From positions 1 to 64,000 of IMG/VR virus record IMGVR_UViG_3300042350_001802: a stretch of 64,000 nucleotides of DNA. The stretch is one strand, 5' to 3'. Positions 49,190 to 59,012 of the stretch are shown piece by piece. The DNA is from a virus. A program made the position numbers and the translations under genes. The notes under the pieces are model-generated. The model saw only the letters and a program-made list of their open reading frames with translations, was not told the origin of the DNA and searched no databases. Every line of letters starts with the position of its first letter. Within the stretch, counting starts at the first letter, position 1.

Positions 49190-49202
49190 ATAAAACTAAT
49201 AT

Positions 49203-50072
49203 ATGAGAATAGTATTAGCAGTACTGGTGATTTTATGCTTTAATATTTTTTCATTTGCTCAATATAGTAATAGTGCAATCAAACAGGGATCTGAGCAGAC
49301 TGTAAAGTCTCAGGACACGGTTAAAAATCAGTTACAGGAGATTATTGTAACTGCTAAGAAGGTTCCTTTGATGACTAAAGTTGGTCCTTATGGTCAACCA
49401 CTTTGGACAACTATTAGGATGTTTCCATCTACAAGAGTTTATGTTATGAACCCACCAGGTACAGCAATGTATGAGAAGTGGTTTGATATTAGACAACGTA
49501 GAAATGGAGCAGCTCAGATTAGGATGAGAGATGAGTTTACATTTGGTTTGGGTAAAAGAGTTCAGTTAGATCTTTATTCACATACAGTTTACGACGGTTA
49601 CAATGGTGATAAAACATTTAAGTGGAGAGGGTTTTCTTGGGAGTTTAGATATGCGTTAGCTGACTGGGGTAAAATCTGGGGTAATCCAACACTCTACTAT
49701 GAGATGAAAATGCTAGATGGTAGATGGGGTATTGAACCTAAACTTTTGTTAGGAGATAGAATAGGTAAAAGAGGTGTATGGGGATTTAATGCAATCTATG
49801 AAGCTAACCTTGGTGGAACAAAAGAAGAGCAAGAACGCGAATATGCATATACTGCATCATACGCCAATATCATTAACAGTGATTTATCTCTTGGTGTTTC
49901 ACATATGTTTAGATACAATGATTTTGAAGGAGGATCTAAAGAATGGTATATAGGACCGTTGCTTCAATATCGCTTTAGTAATAAAGGTTATTTAAATATT
50001 GAACATATGCCAGGTCTGAACCAAGACGCAAAACAGTCTAGAACGCTTATTATTTTTGGATGGAGATTCTAA
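49203..50072 (+). CDS. Outer-membrane beta-barrel protein with a TonB-box-like segment
   Basis: Sec signal peptide, LQEIIVTA, amphipathic strands, C-terminal FGWRF. Confidence 0.75.
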   Translation: MRIVLAVLVILCFNIFSFAQYSNSAIKQGSEQTVKSQDTVKNQLQEIIVTAKKVPLMTKVGPYGQPLWTTIRMFPSTRVYVMNPPGTAMYEKWFDIRQRRNGAAQIRMRDEFTFGLGKRVQLDLYSHTVYDGYNGDKTFKWRGFSWEFRYALADWGKIWGNPTLYYEMKMLDGRWGIEPKLLLGDRIGKRGVWGFNAIYEANLGGTKEEQEREYAYTASYANIINSDLSLGVSHMFRYNDFEGGSKEWYIGPLLQYRFSNKGYLNIEHMPGLNQDAKQSRTLIIFGWRF

Positions 50073-50082
50073 ATAAAAAACC

Positions 50083-50796
50083 ATGGAAAAAAAAGATGTT
50101 TTAAACTTAGTAGAAAGTTACGGAGGATGGAGCATGAGCGACTTCCAAAGTCGTTATTTTGTAGTAAACTCACAGGTTACTGACTATCGTAGAGTTAGAC
50201 AAGCTTTATTAGAGATTGAAACACGTATTGCTGCTAAAAAGCAAATCATTCGTGAATGTAAAAGATCTGAAGTTAAACTAAAGATTAAGGAAAGGGATAT
50301 TGCAGCTGAGTCTCAAGATCTTGAAAAAGAACTTATTCTTTTAGACATTGATCAGCTTCACTATGATATTTCTGTATATAAGAAAAGACTAAGGGTTGTA
50401 GAAGAAGAGCTTGATGAATTTGCAAAGCTTGTACTTGAGTTAGTACCTTCTTTAGCAGAACTAGAAACCTATAAGGAACATAATGAAGAACTAGAAAGAG
50501 AATACTGGATTTACCGTATGGCAAAGCAAGCTAGTGTAGATTTGGTGACAACTGGAAGAATTGGTGCAGGTAACTTAGATTCGATTGCTATGATGAGACC
50601 TAAAGATCAAGCTCTTACAATTGGTTCTGCTCTACTCAACTCAAAGAATCTCACTGCAGGTATTAATATGATTGAACAAGCTATTAATACCAATAGTGGT
50701 CTTCTTGATAATAACTTTTCAGGACTGTTTGGAGAAAAAGATCTTATTGCGCTAATATCAGATAAAAAGGAAAAAACAGATGGCGAAGATATTTAG
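50083..50796 (+). CDS. Coiled-coil hypothetical protein
   Basis: MSDFQSRYFVVNSQVT..RQALLE; GRIGAGN. Confidence 0.75.
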   Translation: MEKKDVLNLVESYGGWSMSDFQSRYFVVNSQVTDYRRVRQALLEIETRIAAKKQIIRECKRSEVKLKIKERDIAAESQDLEKELILLDIDQLHYDISVYKKRLRVVEEELDEFAKLVLELVPSLAELETYKEHNEELEREYWIYRMAKQASVDLVTTGRIGAGNLDSIAMMRPKDQALTIGSALLNSKNLTAGINMIEQAINTNSGLLDNNFSGLFGEKDLIALISDKKEKTDGEDI

Positions 50797-52390
50797 TCTA
50801 CCAATCAATCCTAAATTATCTGTAAAACAGTTTGAAGAGTTTATAAGTTTTTGTGACAAGTATAAAGACTACATTTCAGATATATACTTTACATGCAGAA
50901 TCCCTCCTTTTACACAAGATGCAATGGGAGATCTGTTTGTTTCAGAGGATGATCCTCAATATATGATTGATGTAGCATTGTATATCCAGGAAACAACTGG
51001 TATTACAGCTTCTGCAACGTTTAATAATATATCCGTTAGACCTACGCAGGAGAACTTAGATCTTTGGATAGAATCGTTTAAACCTCTATATGCTAAAGGT
51101 GTTCGGTTATGTACATTACCGTTTAACCATTGGCTTATGACAGGTCAGATTCAAAAGGAGTTTCCGGAGCTGGAAGTTAGAGCTTCTATCTTGATGGATA
51201 CAAAGACACCAACAGATGTCTATAACGTGGTATCAAGTGGTTTCCATTCTGTTTGTATTGATAGAGCTTTGATGCGAGATCATGATACAATAAAGACTAT
51301 AGTTAAGATAAAGCGTAAAAAACCTTTTAAACTTGTCTTATTAGCTAACGAAGGATGCTTGGGTAAGTGTCCAGTGATGTCTGAACACTACCACTATAAT
51401 AATACCAGAACCACTGATAGTCAATACTTTAACAATCCTATTAGTCGAGTGTCATGTCCTAGATGGGATGTTACTAACAAAGCTGTTGTACTAAAGACTG
51501 CAGATATCCCAGCTTGGAAAGAAGACTGGGATGAGTTTCTTGACATGGGAGTAGATATCTTTAAACTGCACGGTAGAGAGAACGTAAACAAGGTTTACGA
51601 AACTATGGAAATAGTAATAAACTATGCAGAAAATAAAAGTATGCTCTATGATATAGATCTTAAGATTAGTGAAAGTAATGCTAATAAGTGGAGAAAGATT
51701 ATTAAGAACTGTAAGTTTGAGTGTTGGAGTTGTAACTTTTGTGATAAAATAGCTGGAGGTACATTGGATGAAAAAGCAGTTAGTGTAGCAGATATTTTAG
51801 TTACAAGTGTCAACTCAGACTTTGAAACAACTTTACCAGGGTTATCTAGTCCTAGAGTTAATAAGTTGCTAAATGAACTTGGTAAAATTTCAACAGCATA
51901 TTTAGAAGTTGGATGTCTTAGTGGTAAAACGTTTTCTAGTGCTATTGCGGGTAATAAGCTTAATGCTTATGCTGTAGATAACTGGAAAGAAGGAATAGGT
52001 GCTGAGAATGGGTCTATCGAGATAACAACTACTAAAGAAGATTTTATTAAAAACATCTTACCCTATAAAGGAGAGAATAAGATTAAGGTTTTTAACTGTG
52101 ACTTTATAGATGTAGATAAGACTAATATTAAGGATATAGATCTGTTTTTTTATGATGGTGATCATTCATATGAAAGCACTAAACTATCTGTAGAATATTT
52201 TGCTGATACGTTTGCTGAGGAATGCGTTCTTGTTTTTGATGATGCTAACTGGAAAGGAGTGGTGGATGGTGCTGTTGCAGGTATTCAGAAAGCTGGTCTA
52301 ACTATTGTATACGAGAAAAAAATGCTAAACGCAATAGAAGACGAAGATATGTGGTGGAATGGATTATATATAGTGGTGGTTAAAAAGTAA
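50780..52390 (+). CDS. U32-family (Fe-S) domain fused to a class I SAM methyltransferase
   Basis: LLANEGCLGKCP, FKLHGRE, CKFECWSCNFC; YLEVGC-SG, FFYDGDHSYE, VFDD. Confidence 0.75.
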   Translation: MAKIFSLPINPKLSVKQFEEFISFCDKYKDYISDIYFTCRIPPFTQDAMGDLFVSEDDPQYMIDVALYIQETTGITASATFNNISVRPTQENLDLWIESFKPLYAKGVRLCTLPFNHWLMTGQIQKEFPELEVRASILMDTKTPTDVYNVVSSGFHSVCIDRALMRDHDTIKTIVKIKRKKPFKLVLLANEGCLGKCPVMSEHYHYNNTRTTDSQYFNNPISRVSCPRWDVTNKAVVLKTADIPAWKEDWDEFLDMGVDIFKLHGRENVNKVYETMEIVINYAENKSMLYDIDLKISESNANKWRKIIKNCKFECWSCNFCDKIAGGTLDEKAVSVADILVTSVNSDFETTLPGLSSPRVNKLLNELGKISTAYLEVGCLSGKTFSSAIAGNKLNAYAVDNWKEGIGAENGSIEITTTKEDFIKNILPYKGENKIKVFNCDFIDVDKTNIKDIDLFFYDGDHSYESTKLSVEYFADTFAEECVLVFDDANWKGVVDGAVAGIQKAGLTIVYEKKMLNAIEDEDMWWNGLYIVVVKK

Positions 52391-52392
52391 TT

Positions 52393-53265
52393 ATGGAAAC
52401 GTTAGTTAAACTGTTAGATGGAATATGGTTTGTTCCTTTTGTAGCAGCTATTATGGTTTTAACTAACCTTATTAATGCTAAAGGATACTTTATACCATTC
52501 TATACCTTTTTAGAAAGAAAGATAAAGTCAAAAAGGTTACTGGTAGCTTTGATTAGCGCAGTATCAGGAGTTCTTCCGATTCCAGGTAGGGTTATTATTA
52601 GTGCTGGAGCTCTTGATACTTTAGCACCAGATGACAAGAGGAGAAAGAACTTTGGTGTGATAAACTACCTATCTACACACCACTACTATCTCTGGTCACC
52701 ATTAGAAGCTACTGTACTTATTCCGCTTTCTGTACTTGGTATAAGCTACTTCTACTTCTTGTCTTTGATTGCTCCTTTGCTGATAACTGTTATTGCGTTT
52801 ACACTATATTATATATTCTATGTCATTAAGGAAGAAGATGTTATAATAAACAAGATGGAGCGTAAAAACCCAGGTGTTATAAAACCTATAAAGTGGGATG
52901 TAGTGGTACTGACAGCTTTGGTTATTATTACGGGTAATGCTATAAAAATGCACTCAAATACTATTGTAGACTTCTTTATGTCCTTTAATAGTAGTGTCTT
53001 TTTTGCGAGTGTGATAGCTTTTGCAACTAGTTTCATTTTAGGATCTAGTAGCAAATTTGCAGGAATAACAGCTTTACTTACTACGGTTTTTGGTATAAAC
53101 TATCTACCGTTGTTCTTTGCACTGGGGTACTCAGGATACTTAATAAGCCCTATGCACAAATGTTTGGTGATTACAAAAAGTTATTTTAACTTATATAGAG
53201 AGCTATATAAGATCCTAATACTTATAATTATAGTATTGATTATAGTAGGATGTTTATTAGTTTAA
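52393..53265 (+). CDS. Multi-pass membrane permease (ion transporter superfamily-like)
   Basis: Many hydrophobic segments; GVLPIPGR, THHYYLWSPLE, GYLISPMHKC. Confidence 0.7.
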   Translation: METLVKLLDGIWFVPFVAAIMVLTNLINAKGYFIPFYTFLERKIKSKRLLVALISAVSGVLPIPGRVIISAGALDTLAPDDKRRKNFGVINYLSTHHYYLWSPLEATVLIPLSVLGISYFYFLSLIAPLLITVIAFTLYYIFYVIKEEDVIINKMERKNPGVIKPIKWDVVVLTALVIITGNAIKMHSNTIVDFFMSFNSSVFFASVIAFATSFILGSSSKFAGITALLTTVFGINYLPLFFALGYSGYLISPMHKCLVITKSYFNLYRELYKILILIIIVLIIVGCLLV

Positions 53266-53283
53266 AAGATTAATCTTAAAAAA

Positions 53284-54117
53284 ATGGCAACTTTACTAAC
53301 AACCGTAATTAATGGTTCTTTGACGGTAGGTACTGGTTTAAATGCTAGTGATATTTACATGAATGATAGTGATGAAGGTACGCGTAGAATACACTGTAAT
53401 TCAAACCGTGTAGGATTTTTAAATCAAGGATCAGGATGGGGATCATATTGTGATGATACAGGAAACTGGGTGTCAGATTATGCAATATATTGTAGTAACT
53501 GGTTTAGAACATATGGGTTTACAGGAATGTATTCTGAGAGTTATGGATCTCATATTAGACCAGTAGCATTGGCAACTCATGGCACATGGGAAATATATGG
53601 GTATACTAAGAATGGTTATAATGGATTAAATATATATGATGCACAAGGTTATATCAATAACTATATGCATGAAAGTGGTAATGGTGGACTATACCTTGAA
53701 AATCAAAGTGGACGTTGGGCATGGTATTGGCATAGAAGTAATATATGTTTAGGTCTTGGTAATTCTACAACATCTAATTCATACCGTGTGTATGTTGATG
53801 GTGGTCTTTATGCAACTGGGGATGTAGTGGCATATTCAGATAGTCGTAAAAAGACTGATGTTATAACTATTAATAATGCTCTTGAAATAGTGACAAATCT
53901 TCGTGGTGTGTTTTACACTAAAGTGGGGGAAGAAGAAAAGGGTAGAAAAACGGGTGTTATTGCTCAGGAAATTAATAAGGTACTTCCAGAAGTAGTAACA
54001 TATGCTGCTGATGTTGATGAATATGGTGTAGCTTATGGAAACATTGTAGGTGTACTTATTGAAGCTATAAAAGAGCAACAGAAACAAATTGAAGAACTGA
54101 AAAAAATGTTGAAATAA
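53284..54117 (+). CDS. Short tail fibre with S74 chaperone
   Basis: NWFRTYG...; YSDSRKK...GVIAQE...VAYGN. Confidence 0.85.
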   Translation: MATLLTTVINGSLTVGTGLNASDIYMNDSDEGTRRIHCNSNRVGFLNQGSGWGSYCDDTGNWVSDYAIYCSNWFRTYGFTGMYSESYGSHIRPVALATHGTWEIYGYTKNGYNGLNIYDAQGYINNYMHESGNGGLYLENQSGRWAWYWHRSNICLGLGNSTTSNSYRVYVDGGLYATGDVVAYSDSRKKTDVITINNALEIVTNLRGVFYTKVGEEEKGRKTGVIAQEINKVLPEVVTYAADVDEYGVAYGNIVGVLIEAIKEQQKQIEELKKMLK

Positions 54118-54118
54118 T

Positions 54119-54733
54119 ATGTGTCTTCCTGCGTCTGGTACTATATCGATTAGTCAGATCCGTAATGAGATATATAATAACGGATGTGGACCTAGTACTT
54201 ATTCTTTAGGTGCTCTTGCAGGGTATGCCGGGTTTCCTGCTAATCCAGATGCTATGAGTGAGTTTTATAACTATTGTTGTAATTGTAACTTTGCAAACTT
54301 TTGTTATCATGCTACAGATTGTTATATGGCGTGTAACAGTACTCCATGTACAGATGTAGTAACATATTGGATTGGCACATTAACAGTGGGGACTGTCCTG
54401 CGTAATGGTGATTGTACAGGAAGTGGAGCATCAAATGGTTATTATGCTTATGCTGGAAACTGTTATACAGTTACAGGAGGAGCGGGTGTTGTAGCAAGTG
54501 TAACATCATGTCCTCCTCCAACAACTACAACCACTACATCTGGAACAACTACAACAACCACTACCGCAGCACCTGGAAACTGTGTCGATCACCAAGCAAC
54601 TGCTAGTGGATTTATGACATGGGACGATTGTTCTGGTAATATTCAAAGTCAGTATCTTATAGTTGGAGATATATTCTGTGCCATAGTGGGTACAGTTACT
54701 GGAAACTATATTAATCTTAATGTACCTTGTTAA
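54119..54733 (+). CDS. Cys-rich virion protein with a poly-Thr linker
   Basis: LPASGTISISQIRNE N-terminus, often found after S74 fibres; PPPTTTTTTSGTTTTTTT. Confidence 0.75.
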   Translation: MCLPASGTISISQIRNEIYNNGCGPSTYSLGALAGYAGFPANPDAMSEFYNYCCNCNFANFCYHATDCYMACNSTPCTDVVTYWIGTLTVGTVLRNGDCTGSGASNGYYAYAGNCYTVTGGAGVVASVTSCPPPTTTTTTSGTTTTTTTAAPGNCVDHQATASGFMTWDDCSGNIQSQYLIVGDIFCAIVGTVTGNYINLNVPC

Positions 54734-54753
54734 ACCTTTAAAACTTATATATT

Positions 54754-55314
54754 ATGCCTACTTATTCTTTTAAACGTGCTCCTGGAGCAGTAACTGCAGA
54801 TTATAAACTTATTGAGGGAGGAGATAAATATAATTTATCTCGTGGAACTCTTACTGATCCTAATAACATTAGTGTTGCTAGTGTTGTTAATTATTCTGTA
54901 GCAAATAATATTATAGCTGCTTCTACCTCATGGTCTTCAATTAGTGCTCAAGTATATGAAACCAGAAAAGTAGATTTTGTATCATATTTGATAAATAGTG
55001 TTCCTTCTGAGTTTATTCCTGAAAGTGAAATATCATATTGGACTTTTGAGAAAAAAACATTTTTTGCTGTTACTACTTCAACAAAAAGTTATTCATTTTC
55101 AGAAACTATTAATTACAATGTAGATACTCTTGAGTTTAATGTTATTAGAAATAACAATCCTGCATATGTAAAAGCTCTTTATGAATTTTTAAAAAATACA
55201 CCAGGATTTGAACCATTTCCTGTTGAAGCATATAATAATGTAAGATATGAAGTTCTTCAGACGCTTTCAAATGAACAAACAGATATTCCTATTGATTTTG
55301 AGGTAGCAGGGTAA
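54754..55314 (+). CDS. Hypothetical protein
   Basis: 186 aa ORF. Confidence 0.7.
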   Translation: MPTYSFKRAPGAVTADYKLIEGGDKYNLSRGTLTDPNNISVASVVNYSVANNIIAASTSWSSISAQVYETRKVDFVSYLINSVPSEFIPESEISYWTFEKKTFFAVTTSTKSYSFSETINYNVDTLEFNVIRNNNPAYVKALYEFLKNTPGFEPFPVEAYNNVRYEVLQTLSNEQTDIPIDFEVAG

Positions 55315-55400
55315 AATGTTTATCCACATATGTTGATATGTCATTTAAAAACTCTAGAATAATACTTGTATATTCGTATTAGATTAATCTACAAACATTT

Positions 55401-55910
55401 ATGGAAAAAATTACATTGAAACTTTTTGAGTTCTACAATCTAGATGCAGAACTCAACGGTCTTGTCAACCAATCGACAGGTGAAACCATCACTGCTGGTT
55501 TGCTTCGTGAAAAACTTCCTCTTGTTACAAAGTACTGGTTAACAGAACTTGGCAAGAAGGTAGCTGCTGAAAAAACTGCTATTGAGGAACTTAAGAATGA
55601 TCTTATCAAAAAGTATGGTAAAGAAGATGATAACGGTAAAATCTTTATTCCCATGCTTGTCGATGACCTTGATGGTAATGGAAATCCTATTAAAGACACA
55701 GATGCTGAGGAAAACGAAGTGATTCGTAAAAAGTTAAACCCTGACTATCAGCAATTTGAAAAGGAGTTTAATGAACTTCTCCAGACTGAAAAGGAGCTGG
55801 AGTACAAACCCGTTCTACTTTCTGACCTAGAAAAGGTTGAGACAGAAGAAAACTACGTAACCCTGTTTAAGCTTGTAAAAGCTGAGGATGGGAAGGTAGT
55901 ACCTATGTAA
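55401..55910 (+). CDS. Tail assembly chaperone-like protein (DUF1617-like)
   Basis: LPLVTKYWL...LIKKYG; own promoter (55366) and terminator. Confidence 0.55.
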   Translation: MEKITLKLFEFYNLDAELNGLVNQSTGETITAGLLREKLPLVTKYWLTELGKKVAAEKTAIEELKNDLIKKYGKEDDNGKIFIPMLVDDLDGNGNPIKDTDAEENEVIRKKLNPDYQQFEKEFNELLQTEKELEYKPVLLSDLEKVETEENYVTLFKLVKAEDGKVVPM

Positions 55911-55934
55911 TCCTCTACTCTGTCAAACATTGAA

Positions 55935-55964
55935 GACCACCTCATTCCTGGGGTGGTTTTTTTT
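55935..55964 (+). terminator. Intrinsic terminator
   Basis: GACCACCTCA-TTCC-TGGGGTGGTT followed by a T run. Confidence 0.75.
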
Positions 55965-55982
55965 GTTTATATCCCTCAAAAA

Positions 55983-56004
55983 TTGTATATTGTATTGTAG
56001 ACTA
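55983..56004 (+). promoter_or_regulatory. Late promoter motif
   Basis: TTGTATATTGTATTGTAGACTA, near-identical to 29194-29215. Confidence 0.7.
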
Positions 56005-56063
56005 TTCTGTTATGTCTGCATTATATCTGTTCTTATTTATAACAACCTGATATTCAGTATATT

Positions 56064-57332
56064 ATGCCTCCTATTAGCTCAAATATAAACAAGGAGACTT
56101 GCTCACCAATATCTTCCAACTGTATAGTGTGGCAAGGACCTGATCTAAAGTGTATCGATGTATGCACTGGTCAACCTCTATCTGAGACAGTTTACAATGT
56201 TGCAATGAAGGTCTGCGAACTGCAGAGTCAACTAGATCTTTCTGATCTAGATCTTAAATGTATCATTGATACTTGTTTAGCTTGTCCTCAACCTCAAAAG
56301 ATATTAGCAATTGTATTGCAACTTATTATAGATAAGGTATGTGACCTACAAGAAATCATTGATAACCTAACAACAGCTTCTACAACATCCGACCCATTGG
56401 TAAGGATGGCAACTTGCTTTCAATATACAGATCCATCTACTGGTGACCTAGTTAAGGATCTTCCTCACACACAGTACACCAAACGTATTGGTGTAGAGGT
56501 TTGTAACCTTGCTAATCAGATTACGGGTATACTCTTAGATATTACCAATTTACAAGATCAGGTGGATGCTCTAGATGTACGTGTTACTATTCTTGAGAAT
56601 CAGACACTTCCCGAAGTGACCCTTACATGTATCAATCCGGGATTACAACCTATGGATGATGCAATTGAAGCTATTGAAGCTGATTATTGTAGTTTAAAAG
56701 GTGTTCTTGGATCAAATACTGATGTAGCAGCTATTGCTGGTGCTGAACCCACTACGCTTCCTGTAATGTCATTAGTTAACCCTGCTACAGCTTTATGGTC
56801 TACAGCTTCTGCTAATGCTGCAGAGTCTTTAGAGAAGATGTGGTTGGCTATTAATGATCTTAGAAGTGCTGTTAAACTCATCCAAGATAACTGCTGTAAG
56901 ATTACTTGTGAGGACATCCTTATTGACTTTGATGTTGAGGTTAATGTAGCAGATGATGAGTTGACACTGTTCTTCTTACCAAAGAGCTTCTTGCCAACTG
57001 GATTTGCAGATTGTAATACAACACTTGGAACTAAGTTTATTATTACAGACACTGCAGGACATGAGTCTTACTTTTACATTAAACTCAGAGAAGATGTATT
57101 TGATGATCCTACAGTACTTCAAGATGGATATCTATTATCTATACCAGGAGCTATAGATCCTACATTAGGTATGACTATCACATCTGATGTTTGCGTAACA
57201 GATGGTAGCACTACATGCGTTAAATGCGTACGTGTAGAGGTTGCTCCTAAAGGTTGTGCATATTGTGAACTTACAGCAACTGGTCCTAAAGAAGGTGGTG
57301 GTACTGCTGTTGTCACTTACACAGTTGGTTAA
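56064..57332 (+). CDS. Cys-rich structural protein with a coiled coil
   Basis: CSPISSNCIVWQGPDLKC; heptads LQDQVDALDVRVTILE. Confidence 0.75.
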   Translation: MPPISSNINKETCSPISSNCIVWQGPDLKCIDVCTGQPLSETVYNVAMKVCELQSQLDLSDLDLKCIIDTCLACPQPQKILAIVLQLIIDKVCDLQEIIDNLTTASTTSDPLVRMATCFQYTDPSTGDLVKDLPHTQYTKRIGVEVCNLANQITGILLDITNLQDQVDALDVRVTILENQTLPEVTLTCINPGLQPMDDAIEAIEADYCSLKGVLGSNTDVAAIAGAEPTTLPVMSLVNPATALWSTASANAAESLEKMWLAINDLRSAVKLIQDNCCKITCEDILIDFDVEVNVADDELTLFFLPKSFLPTGFADCNTTLGTKFIITDTAGHESYFYIKLREDVFDDPTVLQDGYLLSIPGAIDPTLGMTITSDVCVTDGSTTCVKCVRVEVAPKGCAYCELTATGPKEGGGTAVVTYTVG

Positions 57333-57361
57333 TATTTTACATTTTTATAAACTCGCTATAT

Positions 57362-57880
57362 ATGTCTACTACTCAATCTATAACTTTAACTCCTGGACAA
57401 ACCTTTGTTCTTCCAGCAGGTGCTGTTGTTACAGGACTGTTTGTTGATGGAGCAATATCAGTTACATCTTCTTGTGATAATCTTCCACCTCCTGGTGAGT
57501 TTGTATGCGGGCATTTTTACATGAATATAGATGATGATGATAACCCAAGTCACCCTAATGATGAAGAATCTACTGAATTTACAAGTATTAAAATTGGTGA
57601 TACAACATATCCTTTAAATGGTCTTTTGTTAGATCAGACTGTTACTAACTTAAATGCACTACTTAATATTGGTGCTGTATTTACGTTTACATCAATTACT
57701 CGTTATATAATTGATGATGATCCATCAAATGATAAAAGAATGGCTATTAAATTATATTTTAAAGTTCCAGAAACACTTGTTGATACACTTGAGTTAATTA
57801 TTACTGGTAATAGCGGAGAACCTGAACCTACAACTCAGATATATAGACCTGTTGAGGTGGGACCTTGTTCAGAATCCTAA
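57362..57880 (+). CDS. Hypothetical structural protein
   Basis: 172 aa ORF. Confidence 0.7.
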   Translation: MSTTQSITLTPGQTFVLPAGAVVTGLFVDGAISVTSSCDNLPPPGEFVCGHFYMNIDDDDNPSHPNDEESTEFTSIKIGDTTYPLNGLLLDQTVTNLNALLNIGAVFTFTSITRYIIDDDPSNDKRMAIKLYFKVPETLVDTLELIITGNSGEPEPTTQIYRPVEVGPCSES

Positions 57881-57896
57881 TTAAAACTACTAGAAA

Positions 57897-58997
57897 ATGT
57901 CATCTTGTAATTGTAATAATCCTTGGCACGATAAGTGGTGTCCTTCTTTTTTACCACCTGCTGAAACATGTCCAGATGGAGAACCTTGTGATGAGCAAGT
58001 ATCTACAGACTGCGTAATTTATACAGGTCCTAGTATTCCTTGTTATGGAATTACTACAGGTATGACAGTTACTCAACTTCTTTCAATATTATACAGTTCA
58101 ATATATCCAAATTGTAGCACTACAACAACCACATTGAATCCTTGTGGATTATGTAGTGGATTTGCTGCTATTCCCACTATTGCTTGTTTATATAATCTTA
58201 AAATAGAATTTTTATATATAGCTGTTACCTCGGATCTTTCTTTATTACCATCGGGATATGTACACCCTTGTCCAGATTCAATAGCTACACATAATTGTAA
58301 CCGTGCTTTACATGAAGCATATTTAGCTAATTATTATATTGGAGATGTTTACATGAATAACGCGGATGGTGAATGTGGTTCTTTAACAGATTATGGGACA
58401 CCGATATGTAAAGATTTTAAAAACACACCTGCAGCTTTAAGACCAAATAAAATATGGAATGGTAACACTCATAGTAGATATACATCTATTACATTAGATA
58501 TGGATCAAGCTATAGAAATAGCTGCTGCTAATAGTAATAATTCAAATATTGTTTTTGATTTACAACACGCTGTTGGCAAATATGGTATTTCTTGTGATGG
58601 TACACAAGTTTCTCATGATCACGAAGTATGGGTGAGAATAACAAGAGCAGATGGGGTTGTTATCTATAATGGATGTGACACAGGAAATCCGTTTACCGTA
58701 AATGTTTGTCAATTAACTCCTTATACTACAACAACAACAACAATACCGGTTACAACAACGACAACATTGTCTTGTGCAACTTGTAATACATATTCAGTTA
58801 ATAATACAGGTGCTACTCCAGTTTATGTAACATATCGTATTTGTGGTTCAAATACATATAACACTCAACTTGTAAATAATGGATCAAGCGTTACAATTTG
58901 TGCTTGCACAGGATCTATAGCTGCTCCTACAGGATCTTCAGTAACAATAACAAATACTGGTGTCTGTGTTCCAACTACAACAACTACCACCGTGTAA
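57897..58997 (+). CDS. Cys-rich, poly-Thr protein
   Basis: DCVIYTGPSIPC module; Thr tracts between Cys domains. Confidence 0.75.
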   Translation: MSSCNCNNPWHDKWCPSFLPPAETCPDGEPCDEQVSTDCVIYTGPSIPCYGITTGMTVTQLLSILYSSIYPNCSTTTTTLNPCGLCSGFAAIPTIACLYNLKIEFLYIAVTSDLSLLPSGYVHPCPDSIATHNCNRALHEAYLANYYIGDVYMNNADGECGSLTDYGTPICKDFKNTPAALRPNKIWNGNTHSRYTSITLDMDQAIEIAAANSNNSNIVFDLQHAVGKYGISCDGTQVSHDHEVWVRITRADGVVIYNGCDTGNPFTVNVCQLTPYTTTTTTIPVTTTTTLSCATCNTYSVNNTGATPVYVTYRICGSNTYNTQLVNNGSSVTICACTGSIAAPTGSSVTITNTGVCVPTTTTTTV

Positions 58998-59012
58998 TAT
59001 AAAATATTTGAC

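Noticed and set aside
39158-54117. Diversity-generating retroelement or invertible shufflon in the fibre genes
   Set aside because: No reverse transcriptase or recombinase, no adenine-only TR/VR pair, and no inverted crossover sites seen
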